From Candidatus Thioglobus vulcanius (GTDB lineage Bacteria; Pseudomonadota; Gammaproteobacteria; PS1; Pseudothioglobaceae): 64,000 nt of DNA. The first letter of the stretch is position 1. Each line of letters begins with the position of its first letter. Below are positions 60,626 to 64,000 of the stretch, piece by piece. The translations under genes and the position numbers were made by a program. Below the pieces are notes generated by a model. That model was not told where the DNA came from, searched no databases, and saw only the letters and a list, made by a program, of their open reading frames with translations. The stretch spans positions 13,534-77,533 of the forward strand of contig CAJVCJ010000021.1 in assembly GCA_910595855.1 (NCBI GenBank), given 5' to 3'.

Positions 60626-62043
60626 AAAACTTAAGACAGATTTCTAAGTCTAGAATCAATAAAATACATTTTGTTGGTATTGGCGGCTCTGGCATGAGTG
60701 GCATTGCCGAAGTTCTACATAACCTAGGCTATCAAATTTCTGGCTCAGATATTAATCAAAATAGCATTACCAAAAGACTATCCGATATGGGCTGCAAGAT
60801 CAGTCAAGGACACCATCAAGATAATATTGATCAAGCTCAAGCTGTGGTCATTTCAAGTGCTATTGATTCACTTAATGTTGAACTCGTTAAAGCTAAACAA
60901 TTACATCTTCCGATTGTCCCTAGAGCTGAAATGTTGGCAGAAATCATGCGTTTTAGATTTGGAATTGCTGTGTCAGGTACCCATGGAAAAACCACCACTA
61001 CCAGTATTATTACGCATATTCTCAATCAAGCAAATCTTGATCCAACTTATATTATTGGTGGTATTTTAAATTCAAATGGCATTAATGCAAAACTTGGTGA
61101 AAGTGATTATTTAGTTGCTGAAGCAGATGAATCGGATGCATCCTTTCTACACTTACAACCCATGCTTAGCGTAATTACTAATGTTGATGAAGATCACATG
61201 TCTACCTATGGAAATGACTATCAACAATTGAAAGATGCTTTTGTTAGCTTTGCTTCTAATCTGCCTTTTTATGGCGCATGTATTCTTTGTACAGATGATA
61301 CTGGGGTAAAAGATATTGTAGATGATATTCACCGCCCTATTGTTAGCTATGGTTTCAATTCAGAGGCTGACATACGTGCCACTAATGTCAAGCAAGCAGG
61401 AATGCAAATGCATTTTGATGTTGCTTGCTCGCACAATAAAGACAAATATAAAAAGTCTTTTCACATTCAATTAAATCTAATTGGTCGGCATAATATTCTG
61501 AATACTCTGGCTGCAATTGGAATTTGCTGTGAACTTGACATTGAGGTTGAGATCATTCAATCAGCACTAAATGAATTTTCAGGTGTTGCCAGAAGACTTG
61601 ATTATCATCAGCAATTAACTATTAACAAACAATCAGTTGAGCTCTTTGATGATTATGGCCACCACCCAGTTGAAGTAAGCGCCATTTTCAACTCATTAAA
61701 AAACACCTATCCGGATAAGCGTTTGGTGGTTATTTTTCAGCCACATCGATATTCTCGAACTCGAGATCTTTTCGATGACTTTGCCCGAGTCTTGTCAACA
61801 GCAGATAGTTTAATTTTATTGGACATCTACCCTGCGAGTGAACAACCTATTGCCCAAATTAGCAGCTCAACATTGGCAGAAGCTATTAGAAAAAGATCAA
61901 CTCTAAATCCAGTTGTCATTAAAAATACACAAGAAGTGTTGAGTGTTCTGCCAAACTTGATTAATAAAAATGATGTACTGTTAACTTTAGGTGCAGGTGA
62001 CATCCATGCATTGCCAAGCTTATTGAAAGCACATTACCATTAA
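60622..62043 (+). CDS. murC: UDP-N-acetylmuramate--L-alanine ligase
   Basis: 473 aa. IHFVGIGGSGMSGIAEVL, VSGTHGKTTTTS. Confidence 0.96.
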   Translation: MKNLRQISKSRINKIHFVGIGGSGMSGIAEVLHNLGYQISGSDINQNSITKRLSDMGCKISQGHHQDNIDQAQAVVISSAIDSLNVELVKAKQLHLPIVPRAEMLAEIMRFRFGIAVSGTHGKTTTTSIITHILNQANLDPTYIIGGILNSNGINAKLGESDYLVAEADESDASFLHLQPMLSVITNVDEDHMSTYGNDYQQLKDAFVSFASNLPFYGACILCTDDTGVKDIVDDIHRPIVSYGFNSEADIRATNVKQAGMQMHFDVACSHNKDKYKKSFHIQLNLIGRHNILNTLAAIGICCELDIEVEIIQSALNEFSGVARRLDYHQQLTINKQSVELFDDYGHHPVEVSAIFNSLKNTYPDKRLVVIFQPHRYSRTRDLFDDFARVLSTADSLILLDIYPASEQPIAQISSSTLAEAIRKRSTLNPVVIKNTQEVLSVLPNLINKNDVLLTLGAGDIHALPSLLKAHYH

Positions 62044-62053
62044 AAAATACAAT

Positions 62054-62887
62054 ATGCTAAAGCACAATGAGCCTATGGCCTTACACTGCTCTTTACGGGC
62101 CGGAGGTTTAGCTCAAGATTTTTACACGCCTGAAAGTGTTAGCAAGCTTGTTGATTTTCTAAAACAAAATGTACAGCCTGTTTTGTTTATTGGATTAGGT
62201 AGCAATCTGTTGATTCGAGATCAAGGCTTTAAAGGTGTTGTGATTAAACTCACCCTGCTTAAATCTATTAGTCTTGATAAGACTAAAATCACAGTAGATT
62301 CAGGGGTGACGTTAGCAAAATTATCTAGATTTTTATTGGCAAACAAGCTTTATGGTGGTGAGTTTTTAAGCGCCATTCCAGGTACGATTGGTGGTGCTTT
62401 AGCAATGAATGCTGGTGCTTTTGGCGCTGAATTTTGGCAGTTTGTTAATAGCGTAACAACCATCAATAATTCAGGAGAAGTATTTCAGCGTTATGTTGAG
62501 GATTTTGATATAGGCTATCGAAGTGTCAAACCTAACCATAAAGATGAATACTTTATTTCCGCAAAGTTAAGCTTTAGCAGCAAACTGTCTAATCAAAATA
62601 TTCAAGACTTATTAGATAAAAGAAATACCTCACAGCCAATTGGACTACCTAGTTGCGGCAGTGTTTTTAAAAATCCAATTAACTTATATGCTGCTCAGTT
62701 AATTGAACAAGCTGGACTTAAAGGATTTTGCATTGGTGGTGCTTGCATCTCTAGTAAACATGCTAATTTTATTATCAACAATAACAAGGCAAGTGCTAAT
62801 GACATTGAAAATTTAATTTTACACATTCAACAAGCCGTAAAATTAAACTCAAATATTGACTTAGAAACTGAGCTTAAAATTATATGA
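62054..62887 (+). CDS. murB: UDP-N-acetylenolpyruvoylglucosamine reductase
   Basis: 277 aa. GLGSNLLIRD, PSCGSVFKNP. Confidence 0.92.
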   Translation: MLKHNEPMALHCSLRAGGLAQDFYTPESVSKLVDFLKQNVQPVLFIGLGSNLLIRDQGFKGVVIKLTLLKSISLDKTKITVDSGVTLAKLSRFLLANKLYGGEFLSAIPGTIGGALAMNAGAFGAEFWQFVNSVTTINNSGEVFQRYVEDFDIGYRSVKPNHKDEYFISAKLSFSSKLSNQNIQDLLDKRNTSQPIGLPSCGSVFKNPINLYAAQLIEQAGLKGFCIGGACISSKHANFIINNNKASANDIENLILHIQQAVKLNSNIDLETELKII

Positions 62888-63765
62888 TTGCTGTATTAAT
62901 GGGTGGTAATTCTGCTGAACGAGAAGTCTCCCTAGTAAGTGGCGAAGCAGTTTATCAATCCCTGATAAGACAAGAAATTGAATGTTTTAAATTTGATTGG
63001 AAAGGTGATAATTTAGCTAAGCTTTGGGATGAAACATTTGATCTAGCCTTTATCATCCTTCATGGTCGTGGTGGTGAAGATGGTTATATTCAAATGCAGC
63101 TTGAGAAGCGAAATATTGCCTATACAGGGTCTAACTCTCAGTCAAGCGCCAATGGCATGAATAAACACCTAAGCAAGAAAATTTGGAAAAATTCAGAGCT
63201 TCCTTTAGCATCTTCTATCTTGGTTGATCGAAAGGATATTGTGCCTGATATAAATTTTGCACTACCTTGGGCAGTAAAACCCGTTTGTGAAGGTTCTAGT
63301 ATCGGCATTAGCAAGGTCGCTCAAATTCAAGACTTAGGCCAAGCACTAGAATTGGCTTGGCAATATGATGATCAAGTTTTGGTTGAACAGTGGATAGAAG
63401 GCGATGAATATACAGTGGCAATCCTAGGCGATAAAGCCCTGTCTGTTATTAAAATTGTGAGTGATCAAGATTTTTATAACTATGACTCTAAATACCACTC
63501 CAATACCACTCAATATCTTTGCCCTTGTGGCTTGAGTAGCTCGCAAGAATTACACATACAAGCGTTAGCACTCAAGGCTTTTGATTCTATTGGGGCGCAC
63601 GGATGGGGGCGCATTGACTTTATTGTCGATAAAAAAAATAAGCCTTATTTATTAGAAATCAACACCGTACCAGGCATGACTTCTCATTCTCTCGTACCAA
63701 TGGCAGCAAAAGCTAATGAGATAAGTTTTGATCAGCTGATCAAGTGTATTATTAATGAAATTTAA
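62884..63765 (+). CDS. ddl: D-alanine--D-alanine ligase
   Basis: 293 aa. GGNSAEREVSLVSG, HGRGGEDG, EINTVPGMTSHSL. Confidence 0.95.
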   Translation: MIAVLMGGNSAEREVSLVSGEAVYQSLIRQEIECFKFDWKGDNLAKLWDETFDLAFIILHGRGGEDGYIQMQLEKRNIAYTGSNSQSSANGMNKHLSKKIWKNSELPLASSILVDRKDIVPDINFALPWAVKPVCEGSSIGISKVAQIQDLGQALELAWQYDDQVLVEQWIEGDEYTVAILGDKALSVIKIVSDQDFYNYDSKYHSNTTQYLCPCGLSSSQELHIQALALKAFDSIGAHGWGRIDFIVDKKNKPYLLEINTVPGMTSHSLVPMAAKANEISFDQLIKCIINEI

Positions 63766-64000
63766 GAAAAAAAATAAACGTAAACTTTCCATTGCTCAGC
63801 ATCTAAAGCGCTGGATCAAGCCTTTGCTATTACTATTAGTGCTTTTAGTAATTAGCTGGAATATCTATCAATACAATCCAAGCGAATTATTAAAAGTATC
63901 TGTTAACTGGACAATTGATCGCACTCATTTAGTTGATAAACTCAGTTTAGAAAAGAAAATAGAACCTTTGGCTAATGAATTTCATCAGCTGGATTTACAT
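63755..64000 (+). CDS. ftsQ: Cell division protein FtsQ (N-terminal 82 codons; continues beyond the right edge)
   Basis: Not in the track (no stop in the window). ATG 63755 overlaps the ddl end by 11 nt. Reads MKFKKKNKRKLSIAQHLKRWIKPLLLLLVLLVISW (basic N-terminus plus TM), then a POTRA-like start. Occupies the position after ddl. Confidence 0.8.
   Translation, partial: MKFKKKNKRKLSIAQHLKRWIKPLLLLLVLLVISWNIYQYNPSELLKVSVNWTIDRTHLVDKLSLEKKIEPLANEFHQLDLH

Overview
Gene-dense, visibly AT-rich bacterial chromosome segment with about 70 CDS, very little non-coding DNA and many 1-11 nt start/stop overlaps. GC content was not computed. The proteins look gammaproteobacterial and suggest a sulfur-oxidising chemolithoautotroph with a streamlined genome (SUP05/Thioglobus-, mussel-symbiont- or Thiomicrospira-like), but the taxon cannot be proven from this window. 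Contents from left to right:
- Assimilatory nitrate module: partial nirB, a PP2C-phosphatase/Ser-Thr-kinase fusion, and two tandem narK paralogs.
- Molybdenum-cofactor genes (moaE, mobA, moeA-moaC-moaA-moaD, mog) with a DsrC/TusE-like gene among them.
- groES-groEL behind a textbook sigma-32 promoter, then cnoX/ybbN.
- A non-carboxysomal form IA RuBisCO locus: cbbR<>cbbL-cbbS-[terminator]-orf104-cbbQ-cbbO-orf84.
- argJ, a Fur-box-controlled Fe(3+) ABC transporter, a CDF transporter, ruvC and trxA.
- A long minus-strand block: lolB, ruvB, ybgC-tolQ-tolR-tolA, a DUF2384-like gene, an orphan minC, glyS and dtd.
- hemA-prfA, fur-znuB, bamE with a long repeat-bearing tail, and ccmAB.
- metK and ahcY, each behind a structured leader: a clear SAH riboswitch and a candidate SAM-II/V-like element.
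- A GalT/Apa-branch HIT protein, glyQ, envelope and tRNA-modification genes, rpsT, smrB, xseA, ftsB-ispD-ispF and murC-murB-ddl-ftsQ.
No rRNA, tRNA, CRISPR, transposase, integrase or phage genes were recognised. The best candidates for an undescribed system are:
1. The membrane-anchored PP2C/kinase fusion hard-wired into narK-narK-X-nirB.
2. Two small unknown ORFs packed tightly around the CbbQ/CbbO RuBisCO activase.
3. An antitoxin-like DUF2384 protein translationally coupled between tolA and an orphan minC.
All family assignments come from reading motifs by eye. No database search was run.
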